Both the position numbers and the translations under genes were made by a program. The notes under the pieces were generated by a model. It saw only the letters and a program-made list of their open reading frames with translations. It was not told the DNA's origin and ran no database searches. From Alphaproteobacteria bacterium (lineage in GTDB: Bacteria > Pseudomonadota > Alphaproteobacteria > JAAXGF01), in contig CAUVXB020000002.1 of the NCBI GenBank assembly GCA_963555825.3, positions 224,001 to 288,000 on the forward strand: a stretch of 64,000 nucleotides of DNA, in the 5' to 3' direction. This document shows, in pieces, positions 39,165 to 49,156 of this stretch; positions within the stretch are counted from its first letter, which is position 1, and each line of letters begins with the position of its first letter.

Positions 39165-40136
39165 TCAGCCGGCGCCGGGCAAATGCGTCGGCAGCGCGTC
39201 GCGCAGCGGCCGGATGTAGTCAATTTCAACGCCGCAGCAGCCGCCGATCACCTGAACGCCGCCGGCGACGCAGGCCTTGGCCCACTCGACGAACTCGTCG
39301 GGCCCGTAGCGCGTCGGCACGCTCTCGTTGCGGTAGCGCGCCGTGTAGTCGCTGCGCTCGGCCTCGGGATAGACGCCGATCGGCCCCGGCCACTTCGCGC
39401 GCACGACGTCGAGCGCCGCGTCGGTCGCGTCGATTGGTGAATGGAAGACGTTGACCACCGAGCCGCCGAGCGCGACCACCTCGTCGAAGCCGTCGGCGAG
39501 CGTCAACTCGGAGGCGTAGCCGATCAACGGCGTCGTGCCGCCTTCCGCGAGGTGACATTTGAAGCCGACCCAGGTCGGCAGACCGGTGGCGACGCAGGCC
39601 TCGGTGACCCACTGGCGGTGCTGATGGCCGCCGGTCGATTCGGCGATCATCAGGTCGACGCCCGCGTCCGCGAGGATCTCGGCCTGCTCGCGCAGATTGG
39701 CCTTGGCCTGCGCCTCGGACGTCTCGGTGCGCCGCCGGTCGCTGCGCCACGACGATTCGGTGGCAACCTTCAGCCCGTAGTTCGAGACCGAGCCGCCGAT
39801 CAGCACCGGCCGGTCCTTGGCGCGGCGGTCGCGCGCCTCCTGCGCCAGCATCACGGCGCGCAGGTTCAACTCGGCGGTCAGCTCGGCCATACCGAGCGGC
39901 TCGAGATTGTGGCGCGCCGACGAGTAGGTGTTGACGGTAATCACGTCGACCCCGGCGTCGATATAGTTCTCGTGCATGCGCTTGACCGTATATGGGCTGG
40001 TGTGCAGCGCCGTCGCCGCCCAGGCGTGGCTGTTCATCGGCACGTCCATGGTCTGGAGCTGGGTGCCGATGGCGCCATCGAGGATGATCACTTCCTTGTT
40101 GTCGAGCCGTTGCTGAAGACCGTTGTATTCGCTCAT
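39165..40136 (-). CDS. Homocysteine S-methyltransferase family protein
   Basis: ILDGAIGTQL, YIDAGVDVITVNTY, IGGCCG. Confidence 0.9.
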   Translation of the reverse strand: MSEYNGLQQRLDNKEVIILDGAIGTQLQTMDVPMNSHAWAATALHTSPYTVKRMHENYIDAGVDVITVNTYSSARHNLEPLGMAELTAELNLRAVMLAQEARDRRAKDRPVLIGGSVSNYGLKVATESSWRSDRRRTETSEAQAKANLREQAEILADAGVDLMIAESTGGHQHRQWVTEACVATGLPTWVGFKCHLAEGGTTPLIGYASELTLADGFDEVVALGGSVVNVFHSPIDATDAALDVVRAKWPGPIGVYPEAERSDYTARYRNESVPTRYGPDEFVEWAKACVAGGVQVIGGCCGVEIDYIRPLRDALPTHLPGAG

Positions 40137-40192
40137 GGTCGCCTCCGGTTGAAACTGCTAGCTCACCTTATGCGAGCCGCCGAATACGCGCC

Positions 40193-40463
40193 AGCCCGGC
40201 CTTCTCGCCATGGACAGGTGCGGCACGGCGGATATCGGACGACAGTCTAGGAAAAGCGTGCAGCGCGATGCTGTCGCATCGGGCAAGCGCTTTGACGCCG
40301 CCTGTCGTCCGAGATCCGCCGCCCTTAAGGGTCGCGCCGGGCGGGCCGCCCGCGGTGTCGAAGACCTTGACCGTAGCCCAGGCCACGCGCGGCGGCCTTC
40401 TCCTGGCGGATCGGCTCCACCCGACGCGATGACGCGCCTGTCCATAGTGAGAAGTCCGGGCTA
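40193..40463. mobile_element. MITE-like element, family C, copy 2 (271 bp)
   Basis: AGCCCGGCCTTCTCGCCATGGACAGG...CCTGTCCATAGTGAGAAGTCCGGGCTA. Colinear with 29255-29792 minus the D insert. Confidence 0.9.
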
Positions 40464-41774
40464 GCGTTCCGACTCGCCGATCGCGGCCATCTTCCGGCGC
40501 CGGCGGCGCGCGAAGAAGCCGAGGATTGGCTCGGGCGGCAGCCACGCCGGCTTCGGCACCGAGAGCTGAATATCGAGCAGCTCCGAACCGGCGCCGACGA
40601 TCATGTCGGCGAGCAGGCCGCCCGCGGTCGTGCCGCGGGCCAGGTTGGCGCCGTTGCAGGCGATCGAGCCCCAAATGCCGTCGTCGAGCCGGCCGAAGAT
40701 GTGGCCGCCATTGCGCGTGCTGCCGACGATGCCGCCCCAGGTGTCGACGATCTCGACGCCGGCGAGCCCCGGCCAGCGCTTGGCGATCGAGGCGCGGTGC
40801 TGCGCGCGCATCTCGACCAGCGTCGCGGCCTCGATGCGTTGGCCGGGGAGGTATGAGAAGCCGTTGCGCATGAGGATGCGGTTGTCGGTGGTGCGCCGCA
40901 CCGTTGAGCCCCCGACGACGCCGGGCAATATGCCCCAGGGCCCCGCGTCACCGACCGCGTCGAGCTCGGCGCCGGAAAGCGGCCGGGTCAAACTCGCAAA
41001 CAGCGCGCCCGGCGCCATGCGATTGCGCCCGAACCCGAGCGCGGGCGAGAACGTATTGGTGCAGAGGACCAGCCCGTCGGTCTCGATCTCGCCGTCCGCG
41101 ACGGTCAGGCGGAGAGGCCGGCCTCGATTAATTTCGACGACCGGCGTCTGTTCGTAGACATCGACGTTGTTGGGCAGCGTGCGCGCGAGCCCGCGGCACA
41201 GCGCCGCCGGCTGCACCAGAACGGTGCCGTCGGCGATGACGCCCGAGGTATAGAAGTCCGTGCCGGTGAGCCCCGCCAGCGCCGCCCGGTCGAGCGGCCG
41301 GGCCTCATGTCCGAGCATCTCGAGCCCGTTTGCGCGGTCGTGTACGCCCTCGTCGCCGAGCTCACCGGCCCCTGCCCAGAGCATGCCGAACTCGTGCCAC
41401 TGGCACTCGATCTGGTTCTTGCCGACCAGATGGCGGAGCGTCTCGACGCCGTGCGCGTGCAAGCGCGCATCGCGAAACAGCGTCTCCGGATCGTTGCCGT
41501 GGCCCGTCGCGCGCATGAAATTGCAGTGCAGCAGGAAGCCCGAGTTCCGCCCCGATGTGCCGCCGCCGACGCGTTCCGCCTCGACCAGCAAAATGTGCTT
41601 GTCGGGCAGATGCTCGGCGAGTCGCCGGGCGGCGGCGAGCCCGGTCACGCCCGCCCCGACGACGGCCCAGTCGGCCTTGACCGTGCCGGTGACGCGCCGT
41701 GCCGGCGGCGGGTCGGGCAAGGCGTTGAACCAGCCGTTGCCGGTGCCGAAGTTGGGGGTCAGTGTTTCGGCCAT
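40461..41774 (-). CDS. FAD-dependent oxidoreductase (DAO/PuuB-like)
   Basis: VVGAGVTG, SGRNSGF, VQPAALCRGLA, TWGG, ACNGANLARGT. Confidence 0.9.
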   Translation of the reverse strand: MAETLTPNFGTGNGWFNALPDPPPARRVTGTVKADWAVVGAGVTGLAAARRLAEHLPDKHILLVEAERVGGGTSGRNSGFLLHCNFMRATGHGNDPETLFRDARLHAHGVETLRHLVGKNQIECQWHEFGMLWAGAGELGDEGVHDRANGLEMLGHEARPLDRAALAGLTGTDFYTSGVIADGTVLVQPAALCRGLARTLPNNVDVYEQTPVVEINRGRPLRLTVADGEIETDGLVLCTNTFSPALGFGRNRMAPGALFASLTRPLSGAELDAVGDAGPWGILPGVVGGSTVRRTTDNRILMRNGFSYLPGQRIEAATLVEMRAQHRASIAKRWPGLAGVEIVDTWGGIVGSTRNGGHIFGRLDDGIWGSIACNGANLARGTTAGGLLADMIVGAGSELLDIQLSVPKPAWLPPEPILGFFARRRRRKMAAIGESER

Positions 41775-41809
41775 CAGGCCCACTCCTCGTCCAAACCGTT
41801 CGAGGTCGA

Positions 41810-42376
41810 TCAGTCGGCCCAGACCTCGCCGTCGAGCGTTATCCCCAAACCGAGGATCGTGCGATTGGCATAGGCGAAGTAGCCGGCCACCTGATTGACC
41901 TCGAGAATTTCGCCGTCGTTCGCGCCGGCGTTGCGCAGTTCCCGAATCGTCTGTTCGGTGACCGACGTTGGCTCGCGTGTGACCGTCGCCGCGTAGCGCA
42001 ACAGCGCCAGATGCTTGCCGTCGAACGCGTCGTCGATTCTGTCGTCGAGCAGCGCGTCGACGATGGCGCGCCATTCGCCGGTCTCGCCCTCGAAGGCCAA
42101 GCCGCCGTAATGGTCATGATGGTCGATGCAGTATGCGCAGCGATTCAGCGCGCTCACATGGACGCCGACGGCCTCGAGGAACCAGAGCGGCAGCTCGTTG
42201 GCGGTATGGCCGAGCACGGCGCGGTAGAACGCCATATGACCCTCGAGCAGATGCGGCCGGAGCGAATGCGCGGTGATGATGTTGGACACCGTGTCGTTCG
42301 GCCGCTTGTAGCGATCGTAGAGCGTCTTGAGACGACCGCTGGCGTCCTCGAACGGCACGAAATCGATCCAGGTCAT
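41810..42376 (-). CDS. Peroxidase-related/AhpD-like protein
   Basis: VSALNRCAYCIDHH, YFAYANR. Confidence 0.88.
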   Translation of the reverse strand: MTWIDFVPFEDASGRLKTLYDRYKRPNDTVSNIITAHSLRPHLLEGHMAFYRAVLGHTANELPLWFLEAVGVHVSALNRCAYCIDHHDHYGGLAFEGETGEWRAIVDALLDDRIDDAFDGKHLALLRYAATVTREPTSVTEQTIRELRNAGANDGEILEVNQVAGYFAYANRTILGLGITLDGEVWAD

Positions 42377-42685
42377 GGCATCCCCCCGCTTCCCTCGGCG
42401 CCATCATGCGCCGGATGCGTGGCCGACGCCAACGGCCCCGCCGGGCTACTCGATACGGAAGTGCGCGTCGCGCGGCGTCAGCTCGGGTCCGTTGATCGGC
42501 GTGATGTCCTGCGGACAGGCGGAGAAGACGACTACCAGGTCCATCTCGGCGCGCAGCACGAGATCGTCGCCGGGCTTCGAGGCGGGCGCCCGCCGGTCGA
42601 TCGCGCCGTTCTCCACGACAGGCGTGTTCATGAACAGGTTCAAGGGGTTCGGCGTTTCGGCCACGGCGATGCCGAGCGCCGCCAA

Positions 42686-44339
42686 GGGTGTGGGTCTGGT
42701 ATGGAAAATCTAAGTCATTGATTTAGTGCGTTTTTTGTGTCGAGACGAACGGCCGAAATCGGCTATTCGTGACAATGGGCCGCTCCAAGGCAGGATTTTG
42801 TTACGACGGCAGGGTCGAGCAGGGGAAGGTGGGAACGCTCCGCACCGCCAGAAGCGGTACGATGCCGTGTCTCGAAACCCAACATCGGGAGCATTCCCAT
42901 GGCAGTATCCCCGCCTCCGGCGCCTTCGTCCATCGATCTTTCCGGCCTGCCTCCTCGGGTCGTCGAGGCGGCCGCCCGGGTGCTCGCACTGTGTCGCGAG
43001 GAGCTTCGTTCCGAGCCGCGCCCCGAGGCGCCCGAGGAGGTCGAGTTGCGGGTGCGTGAGGCCACGAACGAGTTCGCTCGCGATGTCATGGGCGCCGTCA
43101 TCGAGAACCGGGACGATGGCGCTTCCCGGATCGAGCGGGACGGGCAGAGCTGGTTCCGGGTCGCGGTGACGCCGAAGACGATCATGACCTCGCTCGGTCC
43201 GGTGACCTACCGGCGAGCGCGTTACCGCAGCGGCGCGAGCGGGGCATCGCCGGTGCCGGTCGACGAGAGCCTGGGCCTCGTCGACGATTACCTGACGCGG
43301 CCGGCGGCCGAGCTCGGTCTGCTGATGATGGGTCACTGCACGGCCCGGGAAGCGGCGGCGTTCTTTGCGAAGACCGGCGCCATGACGCCGTCGGTGAGCA
43401 CCCTGCAGCGCCTGACCCTGAGCATGCACGAATGCTGGGAGAGCCTCGGCCCGGAGACGCTGGGCAGCATCCGTGAGGCCGAGGGCATACCGCAGGACGC
43501 GACCACCGCCTCGGTCTCCCTCGACGGCGTCATGGTGCCGCTGAGACCCGGCGAGGACGGTCGCGCCAAGGCCTCCTGGCGCGAGGCTGCCTGCGGCACG
43601 GTCTCCTTCCACGACGCCGAGGGCAAGCGCCTGAAGACCCTCTATCTCGGCCGCATGCCGGAGAGCGGCAAGCTCACGCTGAAGGCGCAGCTTGCAAGCG
43701 AAGTCGCACACATCAGGCGAGCACGCCCCGAGATCGGGATCGTCGCTATCGCCGATGGCGCCGCCGACAACTGGACCTTCCTGGAGACCCTGTCGCCCGA
43801 AACCGAGGTGATCGACTTCTGGCATGCTTGCGAACATCTGCAAACCGCGTCCGACCATGCCGTGGCGCCCGGCTGGTTCGAGAAGTACCGCGAGATCCTC
43901 CGTCACGATCCCCGTGGCGTCGCCAAGGTGATCCGGGCGCTGCGCCACCTTCGCGATGCCGCCGCTGCGCCGGACCGGGCCGAGACCGAGCGGGAACTCG
44001 CCTTCTTCCGCAAGCATCGCCATCGCATGCGCTACCACGCCCTGAAGGAAGAGGGCATCGCCATCGGCTCAGGCGTGGTCGAAGCTGCCAACAAGACCCT
44101 GGTGACACAGCGCATGAAGCGCTCCGGCATGCGCTGGCGGATCGTCGGCGGACAGGCTGTTCTGACCTTCCGCGCCCTGATCAAATCCGGCCGCTTCGAG
44201 CGGGCATGGAAGGCCCTGATCAGCGCAACCGACACACCGGCCAACGACAACATCAGTCCACGTGCAGCAGCCATGGCAATCGCTGCCTGAACTCAACGAA
44301 CCAAGCCGCAGACATCACTGCCATGCGAGACTCGCACCC
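42686..44339 (+). mobile_element. ISKra4/ISLre2-like (UPF0236, Mutator-related) IS, 1654 bp
   Basis: Inverted repeats GGGTGTGGGTCTGGTATGG vs GGGTGCGAGTCTCGCATGG. 8-bp target duplication GCCGCCAA (42678-42685, 44340-44347). IHF-consensus site at 42711-42723. Confidence 0.9.
42899..44290 (+). CDS. DDE transposase (ISKra4/ISLre2-like)
   Basis: SLDGVMV, IADGA, IDFWHACEHL, IGSGVVEAANK, RMKRSGMRW. Confidence 0.92.
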   Translation: MAVSPPPAPSSIDLSGLPPRVVEAAARVLALCREELRSEPRPEAPEEVELRVREATNEFARDVMGAVIENRDDGASRIERDGQSWFRVAVTPKTIMTSLGPVTYRRARYRSGASGASPVPVDESLGLVDDYLTRPAAELGLLMMGHCTAREAAAFFAKTGAMTPSVSTLQRLTLSMHECWESLGPETLGSIREAEGIPQDATTASVSLDGVMVPLRPGEDGRAKASWREAACGTVSFHDAEGKRLKTLYLGRMPESGKLTLKAQLASEVAHIRRARPEIGIVAIADGAADNWTFLETLSPETEVIDFWHACEHLQTASDHAVAPGWFEKYREILRHDPRGVAKVIRALRHLRDAAAAPDRAETERELAFFRKHRHRMRYHALKEEGIAIGSGVVEAANKTLVTQRMKRSGMRWRIVGGQAVLTFRALIKSGRFERAWKALISATDTPANDNISPRAAAMAIAA

Positions 44340-44791
44340 GCCGCCAATGCCTCGTGAAGGTTGTCCTCGCAGTTTCGGTGGTAGGCCTCGACGCCGAGTT
44401 CCCGGTAGATCTCGCGGCTGCAGGCGCAGAGCAGCGTGTCATGCAGGCCGGGCGAATTGTCCTCGACCAGGGTCAACATGGGCCGCCGCCGGTTGCTCAC
44501 CTGGGCGTCGCCGACCGCCGGATAGATGCGGCTGTTGACCGAGCGCGAATGCGCCATCGACATGTGCTCGGCCGCATCGGCCGCGTTGAACGCCCAGGTG
44601 TCGAGCACTTGCGTGCCATGCGTGTTGATCACGCGCACGCACTGCCTCGCCGCGACACGGGCGGCGATGCCTTGCGCGGCCGGAATGCGGATCCTCTCTT
44701 CTGCGTTCATGTCCCCTCCTTCTGTCGATTGGACGATTGTGCCGAACAATGCAATGGTTTGCGCGGAATTCGTCGTGATGGAGGCCCGACC

Positions 44792-46585
44792 ATGCGCGCC
44801 ATCGTCGTTGAGAGGCCCGGCGGCCTCGAGGCGCTCGAGCTGCGCCAGGTTGCCGAGCCCGAGATCGGACCGGACGACGTGCTGATCGACGTCGCCTATT
44901 GTGGCTGCAATTGGGCTGATACCCAGCGGCGCGCCGGCAGCTACCCGCATCCGGTCGATTATCCCGACATCATCGGGCGCGAGGTCGCGGGCACCGTCGC
45001 CGAGCTCGGCGACGCCGTCGAGGGCCTCGCGCTCGGCGACCGCGTCGCGGCGAGCGCCTGGAGCGGCGGCTACGCCGAGCGCTGCGCCGCCAAGGCCGAT
45101 ATGGTGACGCTGCTGCCCGACGCGGTGCCGCTCGACGTCGGCGCCGCGTTCCAGGTCCAGGGACAGACCGCCTATCACATGCTCCATACGGTCTATGGCG
45201 TGAAGGCGGGCGACACGGTTCTGGTTCACGCCGCCGGTGGCGGCGTCGGCCTGATGGTCGTCCAGCTCGCGGTTCACGCCGGCGCCACGGTCATCGGCAC
45301 GGCGACCGGCAGGCCGGCCTATCATCCTTGCGATTTGTTGAAGCTCTACATCTACGGCTATCTCAACCGGGTTCAGTCGAGCCGTCGGCTCGAGAGGGAG
45401 GCCGGGCGCAATGTGGAAGTGATGTGGCTGGTCGGCCGGCTGGCGCCGGATCACAAGACGATCGCCGACTTCCGCAAGGACAACGGCCGTGCGATCCGCA
45501 AGGTCTGCGCCCGGTTCGTCGCGCTGTGCCGGCAACTCGGGCTGTTCGCCGAGGCGAGCGTGGCGATCGATGGCTCGAAGTTCAAGGCGGTCAACAGCCG
45601 GGACAGGAACTTCACGCGGGCCAAGATGGCGCGGCGGGTGGCGCAGATCGAGGAGAGCGTTGCGCGCTATCTGGACCAGTTGGACAGCGCCGACCGGCAA
45701 GAGCCGTCGCTGGCGCGCACGACCAAGACGACTCGTCTGGCCGACAAGATCGCGATCCTCAAGGAGGAGATGCGGCGCCTGAAGGCGCTTGAAGTCGAGC
45801 GGCGTGCGAGCCCGGACCAGCAGATCTCTCTGAGCGATCCCGATGCCCGCTCGATGGCGACGAGCGGCCGGGGTTCCGGCGTGGTCGGCTACAACGTTCA
45901 GGCCGCCGTCGACACCAAGCACCACCTGATCGTCGCCCACGAGGTGACCAATCAGGGCACCGACCGCGCCCAGCTCTCAGCCATGGCGAAGCGGACCAAG
46001 GCGGCTCTGGAGACCGACGAGTTGGATGTCGTTGCCGATCGCGGCTACTACAACGGCAAGGAGATTCTGGCCTGCGATGAGGCCGGCATCACCGTCACAT
46101 TGCCTAAGCCGCTGACCTCTGGAGCCAAGGCCAAGGGCCGCTTCGGCAAACAGGACTTCGTCTATCTGGCCGCCGACGATGTCTATCGCTGCCCGGCCGG
46201 CGAGCGTTTGGTCTACCGCTTCACCAGCCAGGAGAGGGGGCTGAGCATGCAGCGCTACTGGACCAACGCCTGTCAGGGATGCGCCATCAAGCATCGCTGC
46301 ACCACGGCCAAGCAGCGCCGCATCACCCGTTGGCAGCACGAACACATTCTCGAGGCCGTCGAGAGGCGGCTCGACGAGCACCCGGAGGCGATGCGTCGGC
46401 GGCGCGAGACGGCCGAGCATCCCTTCGGCACCCTCAAGGCCTGGATGGGCGCGACGCACTTCCAGATGAAGACGCTGAAGCGGGTGAGGACCGAGATGGC
46501 CTTGCACGTGCTGGCCTACAATCTCAAGCGCGTCATGAACATCATGGGCATCGACCCGCTGATCGCGGCGATCAGGACGGCATAG
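44792..46585 (+). pseudogene. In-frame chimera: N-terminal ~170 aa of a quinone oxidoreductase + 5'-truncated IS1182-family transposase
   Basis: MRAIVVERPGG...HAAGGGVG..GATVIGT joined near 45301 to ATGRPAYHP..YGYLNRVQSSRRLE..IDGSK..GYNVQ..ADRGY..EHPFGTLK. Confidence 0.88.
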
Positions 46586-46768
46586 GCGCCCCTGCGCCGA
46601 CAATTACGCCTATACCCGGCCACATCGCGGCTCACAACGGCGCCAGCCGGCCGAAAAGCCCGCACGAGCGGCGAAAATCCATAATCCCGGAAAACACGTC
46701 CCGACTGATCATCCAAACCCAAAGACGCGCCACACAGAAATAGCAGCAAACGTTTTCACACAGGCTGG
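45301..46768 (+). mobile_element. IS1182-family remnant (left end missing)
   Basis: Transposase motifs as above. Right-end-like GTTTTCACACAGGCTGG at about 46752-46768. Confidence 0.8.
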
Positions 46769-46830
46769 ACCCTCGGCTGACCTTGGTAGGGCACAATCAG
46801 CCCAGTAACTCGGAAACCAGGAGAAAAATT

Positions 46831-47562
46831 ATGCCCCAACCAGTGTGTGCGATCGTCGGTGCCGGCGAGGGTCTCGGCCGCTCGCTGGCGGCCAAGTTCG
46901 CCGGCGAAGGATTCGACATCGCCCTGATCTCGCGGTCCGAGAAAGGCAGCAGCGCCGCGGCCGCGGCAGCAGCCGGGGCCAACGCCGGGGCGAACGTCAA
47001 ATTCTTTGCGGCCGACGCCACGCAGCCGGACACCATCGAACAGGCGCTCGCAAACATCGTCGGTGAAATGGGCGAAGTGGACGTCCTCATTTACAATGCC
47101 CGCGGCAGTTTCACGTTACACGAACCCCTCGAGATGACCTACGCGGAACTCGACGAGGTCTTCCGTCTGGAGGTCGTCGGTGCCTTCGCGGCGGCCAAAT
47201 CGGTGCTGCCCGCCATGCGGCAACGTAGGCGTGGCAGCGTGCTGTTCTCGAGCGCGACCGCCGCGCTGCGCGGCTCGGCCACGCATCCGCTCTATGCCAT
47301 CGGCAAGTTCGGGCTGCGCGCGTTGTCGCAATGTCTGGCCAAGGCCTATTCGAAGGACGGCGTGCACATCGTGCACGTCAGGCTGGACTGCGATCTGGAC
47401 GTGCCGTTGATGCGCGACTACCACGGCGACAGCTTCAATCCCGAGACAGCGGCGAACACCGACGATGTGGCGGAAACCTATTGGTGGGCGCACCAACAGC
47501 CAAAATCCGCCTGGAGCAACGAGATCGAACTCAGGCCCTATACGGAGCGGTGGACCTGTTAA
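46831..47562 (+). CDS. SDR-family oxidoreductase
   Basis: VGAGEGLG, YNA, SATAALRG, KFGLRALSQ. RBS AGGAG. Confidence 0.9.
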   Translation: MPQPVCAIVGAGEGLGRSLAAKFAGEGFDIALISRSEKGSSAAAAAAAGANAGANVKFFAADATQPDTIEQALANIVGEMGEVDVLIYNARGSFTLHEPLEMTYAELDEVFRLEVVGAFAAAKSVLPAMRQRRRGSVLFSSATAALRGSATHPLYAIGKFGLRALSQCLAKAYSKDGVHIVHVRLDCDLDVPLMRDYHGDSFNPETAANTDDVAETYWWAHQQPKSAWSNEIELRPYTERWTC

Positions 47563-47585
47563 TCACAATCGCTTCTTCCCAGCGA

Positions 47586-48431
47586 TCAACCCGGCGGACC
47601 TTCCTCGAACGTTGGCAGGTCATCGGTGATTTCGTGCCAGCCGGCCTTGTAGGCGACGAATATGTGGTCGACCGGCTTGATGCCGGGATCGTCATCCAAT
47701 GCACCCAATGGAATGACCGCAACTTTGCGCTCGGCGTCGAGGCGCGGCATGGCCGAGCTGCAAATGTCGCAGAAGACTTGGGTGAAGTAGCGCGCGTCGG
47801 GAAGTTTGTAGCTCTTCAGGTGGTCCTCGCCCTTGAGGAAACGGACGCCGTCCATGGACGTGAAGCCGTTGCTCGCGTGAGCGGCCGCGCGCGCGTGACG
47901 ACAGCGCGAACAATGACAATTGTGCGCCACCTTGAACGGCTCGGTGACATGGAACTCGATGGCGCCGCATTGACAGCTACCTCGGACAACGCCCTCCGGC
48001 CCGTCGGCAAGCAGCTTGCCATCGACGCTCGGGAGTCCGGATTCAACGGGGTAGGCATCGTGGCGCGGCAAATCGCCGGTCACGTCGTGCCATGGCGCGC
48101 TGTCGACCACGAAGATATTGCAGTCAGCCTTCTTGCCCTGGTCGTGGCAGCCGGCGGGCGCAACCCAGAAATCACGACTATCACTCGGATACGGCACCAC
48201 CGAGCCGCAGACATCACATGAGCATCGGGTCAAGGAGTGAGACGAGCGGTAGTGAATGATGCTGTCCGTATCGCTCGTCCAGCGGAACTGATCGGGGCGT
48301 ACGAAGTAATAGGTGCCGAACGGCGTGCCGTGAATTTTTTGGCACATCACACAGTGGCAGTTGTAGGCGGCATATGGTTCGCCAGTCAGTTCCCAGGTAA
48401 CGCTGCCACACAAGCAATTTCCTTCGTTCAT
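47586..48431 (-). CDS. Tandem GFA/CENP-V domain protein
   Basis: Two repeats: GNCLCG..CHCVMC..CDVCG and GSCQCG..CHCSRC..CDIC. Confidence 0.9.
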   Translation of the reverse strand: MNEGNCLCGSVTWELTGEPYAAYNCHCVMCQKIHGTPFGTYYFVRPDQFRWTSDTDSIIHYRSSHSLTRCSCDVCGSVVPYPSDSRDFWVAPAGCHDQGKKADCNIFVVDSAPWHDVTGDLPRHDAYPVESGLPSVDGKLLADGPEGVVRGSCQCGAIEFHVTEPFKVAHNCHCSRCRHARAAAHASNGFTSMDGVRFLKGEDHLKSYKLPDARYFTQVFCDICSSAMPRLDAERKVAVIPLGALDDDPGIKPVDHIFVAYKAGWHEITDDLPTFEEGPPG

Positions 48432-48434
48432 CGC

Positions 48435-48740
48435 TCAGCTCCTCGAGTACAGATGCGATTCGCACCCCGCGCAGGCAATCGCGCCCTCCACATTGGGGTC
48501 TGCGCCCGCCGACAACAGTAGGCGCACCATCTCGGACTGGTTGGCGAAAAGCGCCCAATGCAGCGGCGTGCCAACGGCATCCGCTGCGTTGACGTCGACG
48601 CCGTCGTCGAGCAATTGCCCGACACGTTTCGTGTCACCTGCCATTGCAGCTTCGTGGATCGGGGCGGCCTCAAGCTCCGTCGTGTATCCGATGATCGTCC
48701 ATACCAGGAGCGCCCCTAGCCCGAACAGTCTCTTCGGCAT
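48435..48740 (-). pseudogene. Short exported ankyrin-repeat protein, probably 3'-truncated
   Basis: Signal-like N-terminus, PIHEAA..LLDDGVDVNA, TPLHWA..LLSAGADPN, then an abrupt non-repeat tail. Confidence 0.65.
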
Positions 48741-48838
48741 TTTTCCCCCTGGCCAGACACTTTGGACGGCAATCGTGTCATACAGCGGATTGATTGCCTA
48801 GGTAAGTTGGTCCCGGACCCGAACGCCGGCTTTTGGCT

Positions 48839-48999
48839 GAGGCTGTTGAAAAAGTCGGTAGCGGAACCAAACTCGCCAATTTCCCGGAACCAATGAGAAT
48901 TCGATTTCAATGAAATCAAAGACTTAGGAAAACACCGATTTCGGAGAATTGGCCAATTCAGGCTTAAAATGGATGTTTCGGGACTTTTTCAACAGCCTC
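48839..48999. mobile_element. Non-autonomous IS derivative (161 bp)
   Basis: Perfect 18-bp inverted repeats GAGGCTGTTGAAAAAGTC / GACTTTTTCAACAGCCTC. 4-bp direct repeat GGCT on both sides. Internal IHF consensus AATCAA-AGAC-TTA (48914-48926). Confidence 0.9.
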
Positions 49000-49156
49000 G
49001 GCTAGAAGGAGACTCTGAGCGGTCGTGTTGGTCTGCGTCCGCTTGCCGCGCGGAAGCGGACAATGAGCGGCCGACTATCGTTGCCTCCGGAGGAACTCTC
49101 GGCCGACCGCGCCTGGCCCCGCCGCTTCGTGCGTTTCGCCGCCAGCGCCCGGCCGG

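Larger units (their letters stand above)
42446..44710 (-). pseudogene. DUF1989/urea-carboxylase-associated family gene split by an IS
   Basis: 44710-44340 (GTQVLDTWAF, HDTLLCAC, NCEDNLHEALAA) joins 42677-42446 (LGIAV..PLNLFMN..SACPQD) in frame: 603 nt, 200 aa. Confidence 0.9.

Noticed and set aside
44354-44791. 5' extension of the 743-aa ORF
   Set aside because: It is antisense to the DUF1989 5' fragment; the real start is ATG 44792 with RBS GGAGG.
48451-48468. Resemblance of GGGTGCGAATCGCAT (minus strand) to the ISKra4-like inverted repeat near the ankyrin truncation point
   Set aside because: A short gapped match that could be chance.
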